From an uncultured Actinomycetota bacterium (GTDB lineage: Bacteria > Actinomycetota > Thermoleophilia > RBG-16-64-13), in NCBI GenBank assembly GCA_963790415.1, contig CAWBOK010000003.1, forward strand, positions 404,409-468,408: a DNA stretch of 64,000 bases, in the 5' to 3' direction. The notes beneath the pieces were generated by a model. It had not been told where the DNA came from and ran no database searches. It saw only the letters and a program-made list of their open reading frames with translations. How positions within the stretch are numbered: position 1 is the stretch's first letter; every line of letters starts with the position of its first letter. Shown in pieces: positions 1-7,682 of the stretch. Both the position numbers and the translations under genes were made by a program.

Positions 1-325
1 GGCGGCCATGGGCGGCCGCTTCGCCAAGGTGGAGATGGGGCCGGTTATCGTGCTCTTCGACGCCACCCGGCCGGACGAGCTACTCGACATGGAGCTGATG
101 GGCCGTCTGGTGACCAGCCAACTGGCGGACGCCGACGTCGTGGCGGTCTCAAAGATCGACGCGGTCTCCCCCGCCGAGCGAGACCGGGCGATGGCCGCCG
201 CGAGAGAAGTGATCCCGGGAGCGGAATTCATCGGAGTGTCGTCGGTCACGGGCGAAGGGATCGACGCCCTCTTGGCCTACATCGTCGGCGGCCTTCAGCC
301 GGCTGGCTTAGAGGTGGAGGCTTGA
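1..325 (+). CDS. G3E-family P-loop GTPase (HypB/UreG/CobW/MeaB-like), C-terminal part; 5' end lies outside the window
   Basis: ORF 8..325 translation ends ...ADADVVAVSKIDAVSPAERDRAMAAAREVIPGAEFIGVSSVTGEGIDALLAYI, typical of the C-terminal half of G3E GTPases. Frame is open to the window edge. Confidence 0.55.
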   Translation, partial: AAMGGRFAKVEMGPVIVLFDATRPDELLDMELMGRLVTSQLADADVVAVSKIDAVSPAERDRAMAAAREVIPGAEFIGVSSVTGEGIDALLAYIVGGLQPAGLEVEA

Positions 326-813
326 GCGCCGACGACGCCTGCTATACCGATCATGGTGTCAGCGGGTATGGGGTGGCCATCAAGTTCCATCAGGATACCG
401 CCGTGGCTCCAGCGGAGGTGGGCGACTTTCTGCGGGAGATGATGGACGACATCGCTCAGGATTGCGTGCGACGCGGAGCCCGTTTCATCGGGCACATCAA
501 GTCGCACCTGGTGTGCGCTCAGGGTAGTCTCAAAGCCGACACTATCGGCATCAACCATCCGGCGGCGCTGCACGGTGAACTCTCGGGGCCCGCCAACGAC
601 CTGTACGTGGCCATCAACTCCATAGTGCAGGGCATCCCTGAGGACCAGGTGATGGAGGCGACCCTGGGTGCTGCCCACCGACTGGCGGAACGACATGGGT
701 TCCGCGTGGTCAAAGAGAAGGAGCACTTGTACTTCGACAAGTACGACTTTGCCAACGAAGAGGAGTATCTTGAGCAGCTCCGTCTGCAGTTCGAGGCGGA
801 GCCGGAACCGTAA
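322..813 (+). CDS. hypothetical protein between two G3E GTPase genes (possible chaperone partner or CobW C-domain-like)
   Basis: 163-aa ORF with ordinary non-Arg-rich composition, start overlapping the upstream stop by 4 nt. No family recognised. Confidence 0.4.
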   Translation: MSADDACYTDHGVSGYGVAIKFHQDTAVAPAEVGDFLREMMDDIAQDCVRRGARFIGHIKSHLVCAQGSLKADTIGINHPAALHGELSGPANDLYVAINSIVQGIPEDQVMEATLGAAHRLAERHGFRVVKEKEHLYFDKYDFANEEEYLEQLRLQFEAEPEP

Positions 814-833
814 ACGCAGGGGGGGCCCGGCGG

Positions 834-1439
834 ATGGTGCGCGTGATATCGATCATCGGGCTGGTGGATTCGGGCAAGAGCAGCCTTATCCGGGTGCTCC
901 TCGACGCGGTGCGCTCCCGGGGTGAGTGCGGCGGCGTGGTGATCAACGACGCGGGGGCCGTGTCCCTGGACGTGCCTGAGATCACCGACCGGCACCCCGT
1001 GCGCACCATCGGAGGCGGTTGAATAGGGTGCAACGAAGCCGGGAGCTTCCAGACCGCGATCAAGTCGATGGCTCGAGACGACGGGGTGAGCGTGTTGTTC
1101 GCCGAACCGTCGGGTATCGTTATACCGTTCGAAATGCGCAACGCCATCAGCGCGGCGGGGCGTGACATACCCGTGACCGTGGGTCCGGTGGTGCTCCTGC
1201 TGAACGCCTCCGAGTCGGAGATGCTGTTCGGGGACGGGCTGGGCCATATCACCGCCCAGCAGATCGCACAGGCGGATATGGTGGCCATCACGAAGGCCGA
1301 TTCCGCTCGGGGTACGGAGATCCTCCGATTGGAGGAAGAGGTGGCGCGGCTGGCTCCCCAGACCCATCTGCACCACGTGAACATGCAGTCGGGCGAGGGT
1401 GTCGCCGCCCTCGCAGAAGCTATACTGGGTCCCCTGTAA
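834..1439 (+). CDS. CobW/COG0523-like G3E GTPase with in-frame UGA (candidate selenocysteine) in the CxCC metal-binding motif
   Basis: ORFs 834..1022 and 1068..1439 are in the same frame, separated only by TGA at 1020-1022 with no other stop. Walker A is IGLVDSGKSS. The CobW-like ENEFGE segment reads VVINDAGAV. The usual GCICC motif reads GGG-U-IGC. Downstream LFAEPSGIVIPFE and ITKAD motifs follow. A hairpin GAAGC-CGGGA-GCTTC lies at 1035-1049. Confidence 0.6.
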
Positions 1440-1549
1440 CGAAGGAGGTACCACTGAGGCGACGCTGTCACGGTTTGGCATGGTCGCGACCCGTGGGCGG
1501 AGCGCGAACGAACGTAGAGTTGGGTCAACATAAGGACAAAGGGGTGGAC

Positions 1550-2621
1550 ATGGCTTTGAAGACAGGTGAGATGACGGGCCTCGAGCGCATCGTCTCCGCA
1601 CTGCAACACAAGGAAGGCGACCGCGTGCCGGCGGGCCCGCTGGTGTGCGGGGCGGCTCGGCGGGTGCTGGGCGTCAACTTATCGGGACTGGGCACAGGAC
1701 TCCGACGTGACGATCGAGAGCATGGTCCAGGCGCAGAAGCTCATCAGGCCGGACGGGGTACTGTTGCTGGTGGATCTCTCCGTGGAGGGGGCCGACTTCG
1801 GCGGACCGATGGTCTTCCCCATCGAGGACACTCCGCATCCGGTGTACAAGGACAACCTGATCAAGACTCTCGACGACTACCACAAGGTCGAGCGGATCGA
1901 CCCGCGCAAGGCCAAGCGCATGAGCCATATGGTGCGCTACACCGACGGCGTCATGAAGGCCATGGGCAGCGAGACCGCTGTCATGACCTTCTGCTATGGC
2001 CCGCTGGGCATCCTCTCCATGCTGCGGGGCGCCGAGAAGCTGTTCCTCGACTGCATGAAGAACCCTGAGGTCGTTCACGAGGCCTCCGAGATCATCACCG
2101 ACGTGCTGCTCGAGCAGATCGACGCGCTATGCGAGACCGGCGTGCACGCCGTCGTGCTCGACACGCTGTTCGCGTCCGGTTCGATCATGAGCAAGGACCT
2201 GTGGATGAAGATGGAGGGGCCGTACGCCCGGCGCCTGGCCGAGCGCGTGCATAGCCACGGCAGGGCCGTGATCGTGCACAACTGCGGCAACAACGTGTAC
2301 TTCGACGTCCAGATCGAGACCATGGCGCCGGAGGCGATCAGCTTCGCCTACCTGCCCGACGACTGCAAGACGTCGCAAGAACTCAAAGACAAGTGGGGCG
2401 ACAAGACGTGCCTCATCGGATATGTGCCGCCGAGCCCGGACATGATGCTGCACACTCCCGAGCAGATCAAGGAGACGTGCAAGGAGCAGATCAAGGTGTT
2501 GGCCCCGGGCGGTGGGTTCATCCTCTCCACCGGGTGCGAGTTCCCGCCGAACGGTTCACTGCTCAGCGCCATAGCGATGATGGAAGCGGCCGACGAGTAC
2601 GGCTGGTATCCGATCGCATAG
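1550..2621 (+). CDS. MtaA/MtbA/CmuA-like methylcobamide:acceptor methyltransferase (uroporphyrinogen decarboxylase fold); reading frame changes near 1690
   Basis: N-terminus MALKTGEMTGLERIVSALQHKEGDRVPAGPLVCGAARRVLGVNLS (frame of ORF 1475) matches MtaA N-termini. The rest (ORF 1707..2621, a different frame) matches the UroD/MtaA family through the C-terminus. RBS aaagggg lies before ATG 1550. A single extra base around aacttatcgg restores VNYRDWAQDSDV. Confidence 0.7.
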
Positions 2622-2638
2622 TCGGGCTGCGTGTTTCT

Positions 2639-2669
2639 GGGGGGGCTTCGCCTCGGCGAAGCCCCCCAT
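2639..2669 (+). terminator. perfect GC-rich hairpin (GGGGGGCTTCGCC-tcg-GCGAAGCCCCCC) after the mtaA-like gene; no U-tract
   Basis: Inverted repeat read directly from the sequence, 18 nt downstream of the stop at 2621 and ahead of the corrinoid protein gene. Confidence 0.45.
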
Positions 2670-2706
2670 GCTACGAGGGTCAGTAGATAGTCACTAGGAG
2701 GGATCC

Positions 2707-3372
2707 ATGGGCACAGACGAACGATTCCAGGAACTGCTCGCCGAGATGAAAGACGGCGTCATCGAGTACGACGAGGACCGGGTGATCGCAGCCGCGCAGG
2801 CCGTCGTCGACGAGGGCTTCGACGCCTATGACGGCATCATGAACGGCCTGGCCGCCGGTATGGAAGTGGTGGGAGAGCTCTTCGACTCCCAGGAGTACTT
2901 CGTGCCCGAAGTCCTCATGTGCGCCGACGCCCTCTACGCCGGTCTCGACATCCTGCGTCCCAAGGTGGACATGGCGGGTCGCGAGACCATCAAGGGTGAA
3001 GTGGTCATCGGTGTGGTGGAAGGCGACGTGCACGACATCGGCAAGAACCTGGTCAAGATGATGTTCGAAGTGGCCGGCTTCACCGTCCACGACCTGGGCG
3101 CCGATGTGCCCATCGACGACTTCGTCGAGGCGCAGATCTCCACCAATTCCGACATCGTGTGCCTCTCCGCCATGATGACCACCACCATGATGGGCATGAA
3201 GAAGGCCATCGTGAAGCTGAAAGAGAAGAACCCCAACGTCATGATCATGCTCGGTGGCGCCCCCGTCACCGGCGAGATCGCCGACATGTTCGGCGCCGAC
3301 GGCTACTCCGAGAACGCCTCCAACGCCGTGTCGGAAGCCATCAAGATGGTGGCGGCGCTGCGGAAGATGTAG
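2707..3372 (+). CDS. corrinoid (cobalamin-binding) protein of methyltransferase systems (MtaC/MtbC/MttC-like)
   Basis: B12-binding DxHxxG motif (GDVHDIGKN), followed by a Rossmann-like C-domain (LSAMMTTTM...MLGGAP). RBS GGAGGG lies 5 nt before the ATG. Confidence 0.85.
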   Translation: MGTDERFQELLAEMKDGVIEYDEDRVIAAAQAVVDEGFDAYDGIMNGLAAGMEVVGELFDSQEYFVPEVLMCADALYAGLDILRPKVDMAGRETIKGEVVIGVVEGDVHDIGKNLVKMMFEVAGFTVHDLGADVPIDDFVEAQISTNSDIVCLSAMMTTTMMGMKKAIVKLKEKNPNVMIMLGGAPVTGEIADMFGADGYSENASNAVSEAIKMVAALRKM

Positions 3373-3427
3373 TACGGTTGTATCCGGAGGAGGGCGACAC
3401 GTCGCCCTCTTTTCCAGCTGTGCAGTG

Positions 3428-4282
3428 ATGGTGAGGTCGAGTGAGATGGTCGGCCGCGTGAGCAAGAAGAGACGAGTCAAGGCCCACGTGGGCCCGGTGG
3501 CGCGCCGCGCTCTGACCGCCGCGATGGAAGACATCGCGCGGGCCGCCGGCGCGGACGTCATCGGGTTCGGCGACGTCAGCGCGGCGCTGCCGGCCGATTT
3601 CCATCACCTGCCGGTGGGAGTATCGCTCGGCGTGGTGCATCCGGCCGTCCGATCGCTCCATCTACTGCCGGGAGGATCGCCTGCCGTCGAACTCGAGCGG
3701 GCCTTGGGCGATCATCGCGACAGGCATGCGCAGGTGTTGCTCGAGACGACCCTGAGCCGGCTGGCCGAATACCTGCAGACCCAGGGGTTTCGCTACTTCT
3801 GTTGTCCACCTGAGGTGGACCCTATGGACGCACCCTTCACTGCACTCCTTGTGCGTCGCTTCTCCCACAAAGCGGCCGCAACGTGTGCTGGGCTTGGTTG
3901 GGTGGGTAGGCACGGATTGCTGAACCACCCGGAGTATGGGCCGCATGTGACTTGGGCGACACTGGTGACCAACGCGCCTCTCGACGTCGGTGCTCCCATC
4001 GTCGAGAGCGCATGTGGGGACTGTAGCCTCTGCGTGTCCGCCTGTCCCGCCGGAGCGATATCCGGCCGGCCGTGGCGGCGCGATGATGGCATGGTGAGTC
4101 TGGTCGACGCCGAGAAGTGTCGCCAGATGTTGGTGGACAACGAGCGCGCCACAGGCCGCCGTTTCTGCGGGCGGTGCGTCGTTGTCTGCGCGGAGGCACG
4201 CATGGCCGCGCGTGGCGGCGTCTCCGCACGTTCGGACGAGAGAGGAGGTGGTGCGCGGCTGGACATGGAGAGCGCTCTATAG
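3428..4282 (+). CDS. QueG/RdhA-like iron-sulfur protein (epoxyqueuosine-reductase/reductive-dehalogenase superfamily) with two 4Fe-4S motifs
   Basis: CGDCSLCVSACPAG and CGRCVVVCAE cluster motifs. The N-terminal domain resembles QueG. The part of ORF 3254..4282 overlapping the corrinoid gene is treated as spurious, so the start is placed at the first ATG after 3372. Confidence 0.55.
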   Translation: MVRSSEMVGRVSKKRRVKAHVGPVARRALTAAMEDIARAAGADVIGFGDVSAALPADFHHLPVGVSLGVVHPAVRSLHLLPGGSPAVELERALGDHRDRHAQVLLETTLSRLAEYLQTQGFRYFCCPPEVDPMDAPFTALLVRRFSHKAAATCAGLGWVGRHGLLNHPEYGPHVTWATLVTNAPLDVGAPIVESACGDCSLCVSACPAGAISGRPWRRDDGMVSLVDAEKCRQMLVDNERATGRRFCGRCVVVCAEARMAARGGVSARSDERGGGARLDMESAL

Positions 4283-4302
4283 TCCCTCTACAACGAAGGA
4301 GG

Positions 4303-5238
4303 ATGATGGGTAAGCAGGCAGTCATAGATGCCTATGAAGGGCGCTATACCCCGGTCGTGCCGTGGGTGCCCTACGTGGGCGTCCACGGAGCATATCTGAT
4401 CGGGGAGACGGCCACGAAGGTGCTGCAGGATTCCGATCTACTGGCGAAGGCGGTGGTCAACGCCGCCGAACGCTACAAGGCCGACGGCATCCCGTTGATC
4501 TTCGATCTGGCCGTCGAGGCCATGTCGATGGGAATCACGGCCAAGTGGTTCGACGATAACCCACCTACGGTGATCGAGCATCCGCTGGCAGACAAGACCC
4601 TGGCGGAAGCGGGCCTGAAGATCCCCGGTCCCACCGACGGTCGTTTTCCGACGGTCATCGCGGCGGGCAAGAAGGCCAAAGCGCAGTTGGGCGACGTGGC
4701 CCTCATCGGCCTCGTGTGCGGCCCGCTCACCTTGGCCTCGCACATGCGCGGCGCCAAGATGTTCACCGACATGGTGAAGAAGCCCGAGCTCGCCATGGAG
4801 ATCATGGAGTTCGCGGGCAAGGTGTGCGCGGAGTCGGCGCGCATCTATGCCGAAGAGATCGGCTGCGACATCGTCGCACTGGTGGAGCCCGTTGGCAGCC
4901 AGGTGCGCCCGGACACCTACGACAAGTTCGTGATCCCGGCGTGCCAGGAAGCCTTGGACAACATCCACAAGGCCGGCAAGACCAGCGCTCTCTACATCTG
5001 CGGCGACGCCACCAAGATCGTCGAGAACATGATGTACACCGGCGCCAGCTGCGTGTGCGTCGACGAGCAGTTGAACATGAACTACGTGCGCGACTGCGCC
5101 CTCAAGTATGGTCGCGGCTTCGGCGGCAACCTGAAGCTGACCCTGGCCCTCTCCCTCGGGATCATCGATCCGCGGGAAGACGCCATCGTCAGCCTGGCGG
5201 CCGGCGGCAAGATCGGCTACACCTTCTCCCCTGGCTGA
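4303..5238 (+). CDS. second MtaA/UroD-family methylcobamide methyltransferase
   Basis: MMGKQAVIDAYEGRYTPVVPWVPYVG... shows UroD-family similarity along its full length. RBS GAAGGAGG sits immediately upstream. Intact 311 aa. Confidence 0.8.
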   Translation: MMGKQAVIDAYEGRYTPVVPWVPYVGVHGAYLIGETATKVLQDSDLLAKAVVNAAERYKADGIPLIFDLAVEAMSMGITAKWFDDNPPTVIEHPLADKTLAEAGLKIPGPTDGRFPTVIAAGKKAKAQLGDVALIGLVCGPLTLASHMRGAKMFTDMVKKPELAMEIMEFAGKVCAESARIYAEEIGCDIVALVEPVGSQVRPDTYDKFVIPACQEALDNIHKAGKTSALYICGDATKIVENMMYTGASCVCVDEQLNMNYVRDCALKYGRGFGGNLKLTLALSLGIIDPREDAIVSLAAGGKIGYTFSPG

Positions 5239-5240
5239 GA

Positions 5241-5375
5241 CATGCCCTATGACGTTCCGGTTGAGAACGTGGATAAGGTCATCGAAGTCAAGACCTGGTA
5301 CGAGACGTACTACGCGCACTATCCGAATGTCGACTACCCGTCGATCCTACCCAAACGCAGCCCAGTCAAGGCTTA
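5241..5375 (+). CDS. small ORF (44 aa, MPYDVPVENVDKVIEVKTWYETYYAHYPNVDYPSILPKRSPVKA)
   Basis: Fills the 150-nt gap between mtaA-2 and the thioredoxin-like gene with ordinary composition. Below the ORF-track length cut-off. Confidence 0.2.
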
Positions 5376-5391
5376 GAGGGAGGTGACCCAC

Positions 5392-5733
5392 GTGGCTGAC
5401 GACAAGATCCTTGTCGAGGTGCTCACGCTCGACTCCCTTCAGTGACCGGCCTGCGGGTACATGGTCGATGTACTCAATACGCTGCCGCCGCAAGTGAAGG
5501 AATTCATCGAGTACAAGGAGTGGTCCATCAAGAACCCTGAGGGCATCCAGATGTTCATGGCCCGCAAGGGGAAGGTGCTGCCCACCTTGTGCATCAATGA
5601 AGCGTGCGTCTACGAGAGCATCATCCCGACTCTGGACGAACTCTACGAGACGCTGATCGCCGCTGCAAAGAGCGACTCTCAGAGGGAGACCCTCCGCGCG
5701 GCCTTCGACAAGGCCATGGAGGAGTACAACTAG
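5392..5733 (+). CDS. small thioredoxin-fold protein (Thioredoxin_3-like) with UxxC active site; candidate selenoprotein
   Basis: RBS AGGGAGG lies 9 nt before GTG 5392. In-frame translation is MADDKILVEVLTLDSLQ-U(TGA 5443-5445)-PACGYMVDVLNTL...LPTLCINEACVYESIIPTLDELYE. The beta1/CxxC/alpha1 layout and the C-terminal cis-Pro region are those of the fold. An 8-bp hairpin GGGTACAT-GGTCG-ATGTACTC lies at 5455-5475, 9 nt after the UGA. Confidence 0.6.
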
Positions 5734-5884
5734 ATCGAGACCGGATTCCCTCCGGTGGATGCTGGGGCGGCGGCCGCGAATGCGGCCGCCGCCCCGCCTC
5801 ACTCTCGGCTCTAGTAGGCTGTCGAAGATGATCGAGGACGGTGTATCGCGCCACCCAGCGCTGTACACGCAAGGAGTCGACTCC

Positions 5885-6444
5885 ATGGCGGTGAGACGCA
5901 TCTGCATGCACGCCTGTGGGGGCATCACCCGCGTAGGAGCGACCGTCGGCCCGACTGGCCACGTACATGGTGGCCGAGGAACTGCTCCCCGAGAAGACGC
6001 TCATCTCGTGTGCTCCGGCGTTTCTGCGCGGCGTCGAGGAGGACGTGCTCATGGTGCTGAAGAGCCCTTCCTTCGCCCTCGACGGCTGCGAGTGGAGCTG
6101 CGGCACCAACCTGCTCTATCTGGCCGGCATCACGCCTGCGGTGCGCTTCCTGCTGCCCGAGTACGCGGAGGCGCAGGGCTTCGATCTCTCGGGAGGCAGC
6201 CGCCGCTTTCCGTCGGGGGTGACGCAGGAGTTCGCCCGAGTCGTCGCCGAGCGGGTGGCCGGCATCGCCGAAGGCATGATGGCTCGAGGCGGCGCGTACC
6301 AGTTCCAGCCGGCCCGAACTCAAGATGCAGCCGGACAAGTGGTTCCGCACGGCGCCGAACATGGAGGGCATCATGGAGTTCGTCCGTATCGAACCGGGCG
6401 TGTATCGGCCCGTGACTATGCCGCTTCTGCCCGAAGAGGCCTGA
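5885..6444 (+). pseudogene. DGC-domain protein paralog 1, interrupted by at least two +1 frame changes
   Basis: N-terminus MAVRRICMHACGGITRVGA is in one frame, ARLATYMVAEELLPEKTLISCAPAFLRGVEEDVLMVLKSPSFALDGCEWSCGTN in a second, and RPELKMQPDKWFRTAPNMEGIMEFVRIEPG in a third. Each segment aligns with the downstream intact paralog. RBS AAGGAG lies before ATG 5885. Confidence 0.5.
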
Positions 6445-6445
6445 C

Positions 6446-7069
6446 ATGGCGGTGGAGAAGGTGACCATCTTCCCTTGTGGGGGGATCGGCGACCCGGTGT
6501 CGTCGGTGACCCGGCTGGCCGGCTACGTTCTGGCGGAGGATCTTCTGCCCGGACCGAGTGGAGCTGGTCGAGTATCCCCCCGATCATCACCGGCGTGCCG
6601 GAGGAACTGGAGGCCGGTGCAGGCCTATCCGGTGATCGTCCTCGACGGCTGCGGCCACCGCTGTGGCTCCAATGCGCTGAATCTGGTGGGCATCAAGCCG
6701 GCGGCCCGCCTCTTCACGCCCCGGGTGCGTTCGGACACCAAGCACGCCATCGGGAAGCGGCGACCGTTCCCGGAGGTGTCGGGTCAGAAGCTGGCAAAGG
6801 ACCTGGCTGAGAGGGCCGCCGCCATCGCCCGCCACATGCTCGAAGACCCGGCGTACGTCTTCGCACGACAGACGGTCAGGCCCAACCCCGAGGGACTCCA
6901 CGACGAGTCCTTGGATATCGAGTCCGCCATGGGGTATGAGGAGATAGAGACGGGCTGCTTCCAATGCGCCGGAATGTGCGCGTTCAAGATGCGGGACGAT
7001 CCCGAGGTGCGCCGCATGCTCGAAGAGGACGTCGAGGAGATCGAGGATGTGGAGGACCTGAGGCCGTGA
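6446..7069 (+). CDS. DGC-domain protein paralog 2 (CGGI...DGC...CGSN motifs, acidic C-terminal tail)
   Basis: Continuous 207-aa ORF: IFPCGGIGDPVSSVTRLAGYVLAEDLLP...VIVLDGCGHRCGSNALNLVGIKPA...ETGCFQCAGMCAF. The middle segment PSGAGRVSPRSSPACRRNW has odd composition, and an alternative frame reads IITGVPEEL. Confidence 0.55.
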   Translation: MAVEKVTIFPCGGIGDPVSSVTRLAGYVLAEDLLPGPSGAGRVSPRSSPACRRNWRPVQAYPVIVLDGCGHRCGSNALNLVGIKPAARLFTPRVRSDTKHAIGKRRPFPEVSGQKLAKDLAERAAAIARHMLEDPAYVFARQTVRPNPEGLHDESLDIESAMGYEEIETGCFQCAGMCAFKMRDDPEVRRMLEEDVEEIEDVEDLRP

Positions 7070-7281
7070 TCGTTCGCCTGCTGCTGCGTGGCTGAGTGAC
7101 CTGCGGTCCGGCGGTGCGTCGGGCTCTGGAATCCACGCCCGAGGTGGAGCTCGTGGCCATGGATTGGGACGAGCACTGGGCAGACGTGCGCTTCCTCGAC
7201 CCCACATACGGGTACCGTCAGTTGCAGACCCGCCTGATGCTCGCGGGCGCTTGGTGCGACGTGTGGCCGAAGGAGGTGTGA
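7066..7281 (+). CDS. mini thioredoxin-fold protein with UxxC motif; candidate selenoprotein
   Basis: GTG 7066 overlaps the DGC-2 stop, with GGAGGA 9 nt upstream. Translation is MIVRLLLRG-U(TGA 7093-7095)-VTCGPAVRRALESTPEVELVAMDW... A hairpin CCGGCG-GUG-CGUCGG lies at 7108-7122, extendable to 9 bp with wobble pairs. Confidence 0.5.
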
Positions 7282-7682
7282 TGATGACCCGATCTCTGCA
7301 GGGTTTGCCCGCGCTGAACATACAGGTGGTCTCCGAAGGCGGGCACTGCGTTCCCTGACTGATCGCGATAGACGCCACCCGGGAGGTGGCGGCGGAGTTC
7401 GCTGAGGGCGAGGTGGCCGTCGAGGTGGTCACGCTGAAGGAACCTGCCGGCGCGGAACGGTACCGCGAGTTGCGGCGTTCGGCGGGGCAGCACCTTCCTG
7501 TTCCGTGCGTACTTCTGGAAGGGCGTCTGGTCTCCCCGGGAATCCCGGAACCGGACGGGCTTCGCGAGGTCATCCGAGAGGCGCTGCTCCACGGTCCGCC
7601 AGAGTTCGGCGACGCGACTCCCAGCGACGAGGCTCCCGGTGACGCCAGGACGGTCGACGAGAGGGTGGGCACGGCGGAGTGA
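7281..7682 (+). CDS. thioredoxin-fold protein (Thioredoxin_3-like) with CxxU motif; candidate selenoprotein
   Basis: ATG 7281 with AGGAGG 5 nt upstream. Translation is MMTRSLQGLPALNIQVVSEGGHCVP-U(TGA 7356-7358)-LIAIDATREVAAEFAEGEVAVEVVTL...LPVPCVLLEGRLVSPGIPEPDGLREVI. The cis-Pro/GR region of the thioredoxin fold is present. A hairpin CGCCACC-CGGGA-GGTGGCG lies at 7373-7391. Confidence 0.6.

Noticed and set aside
322-813. Annotating ORF 322..813 as a CobW C-terminal domain protein
   Set aside because: Position between two G3E GTPases is suggestive, but I could not align any diagnostic motif, so it is left as hypothetical.
3254-3427. 5' extension of ORF 3254..4282 overlapping the corrinoid protein gene in another frame
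   Set aside because: Pro/Arg/Thr-rich low-complexity translation typical of an off-frame reading of GC-rich coding DNA. The real start is taken at the first ATG after the corrinoid gene stop.
5925-5935. In-frame TAG inside DGC paralog 1, considered as possible pyrrolysine/amber recoding given the methyltransferase context
   Set aside because: The conserved CGGI N-terminal motif is in a different frame from the TAG-containing frame. A +1 frame change explains the structure, and no MttB/MtmB-type Pyl enzyme or pyl genes are present.
5759-6415. 218-aa Arg-rich ORF (and the many similar Arg/Pro/Gly-rich ORFs in the track, such as 519..1601, 2680..3561, 9469..10497, 18567..19268)
   Set aside because: Composition (Arg well above 15%, no motifs) and overlap with well-supported genes in other frames mark these as shadow ORFs of high-GC DNA. 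Only the first 20 codons after ATG 5885 of this one belong to the DGC-1 gene.
6540-6640. Calling DGC paralog 2 a pseudogene with two compensating frameshifts
   Set aside because: The ORF is continuous and of normal length. The alternative-frame similarity (IITGVPEEL versus LRGVEEDV in paralog 1) is short, so this is kept as a caveat only.
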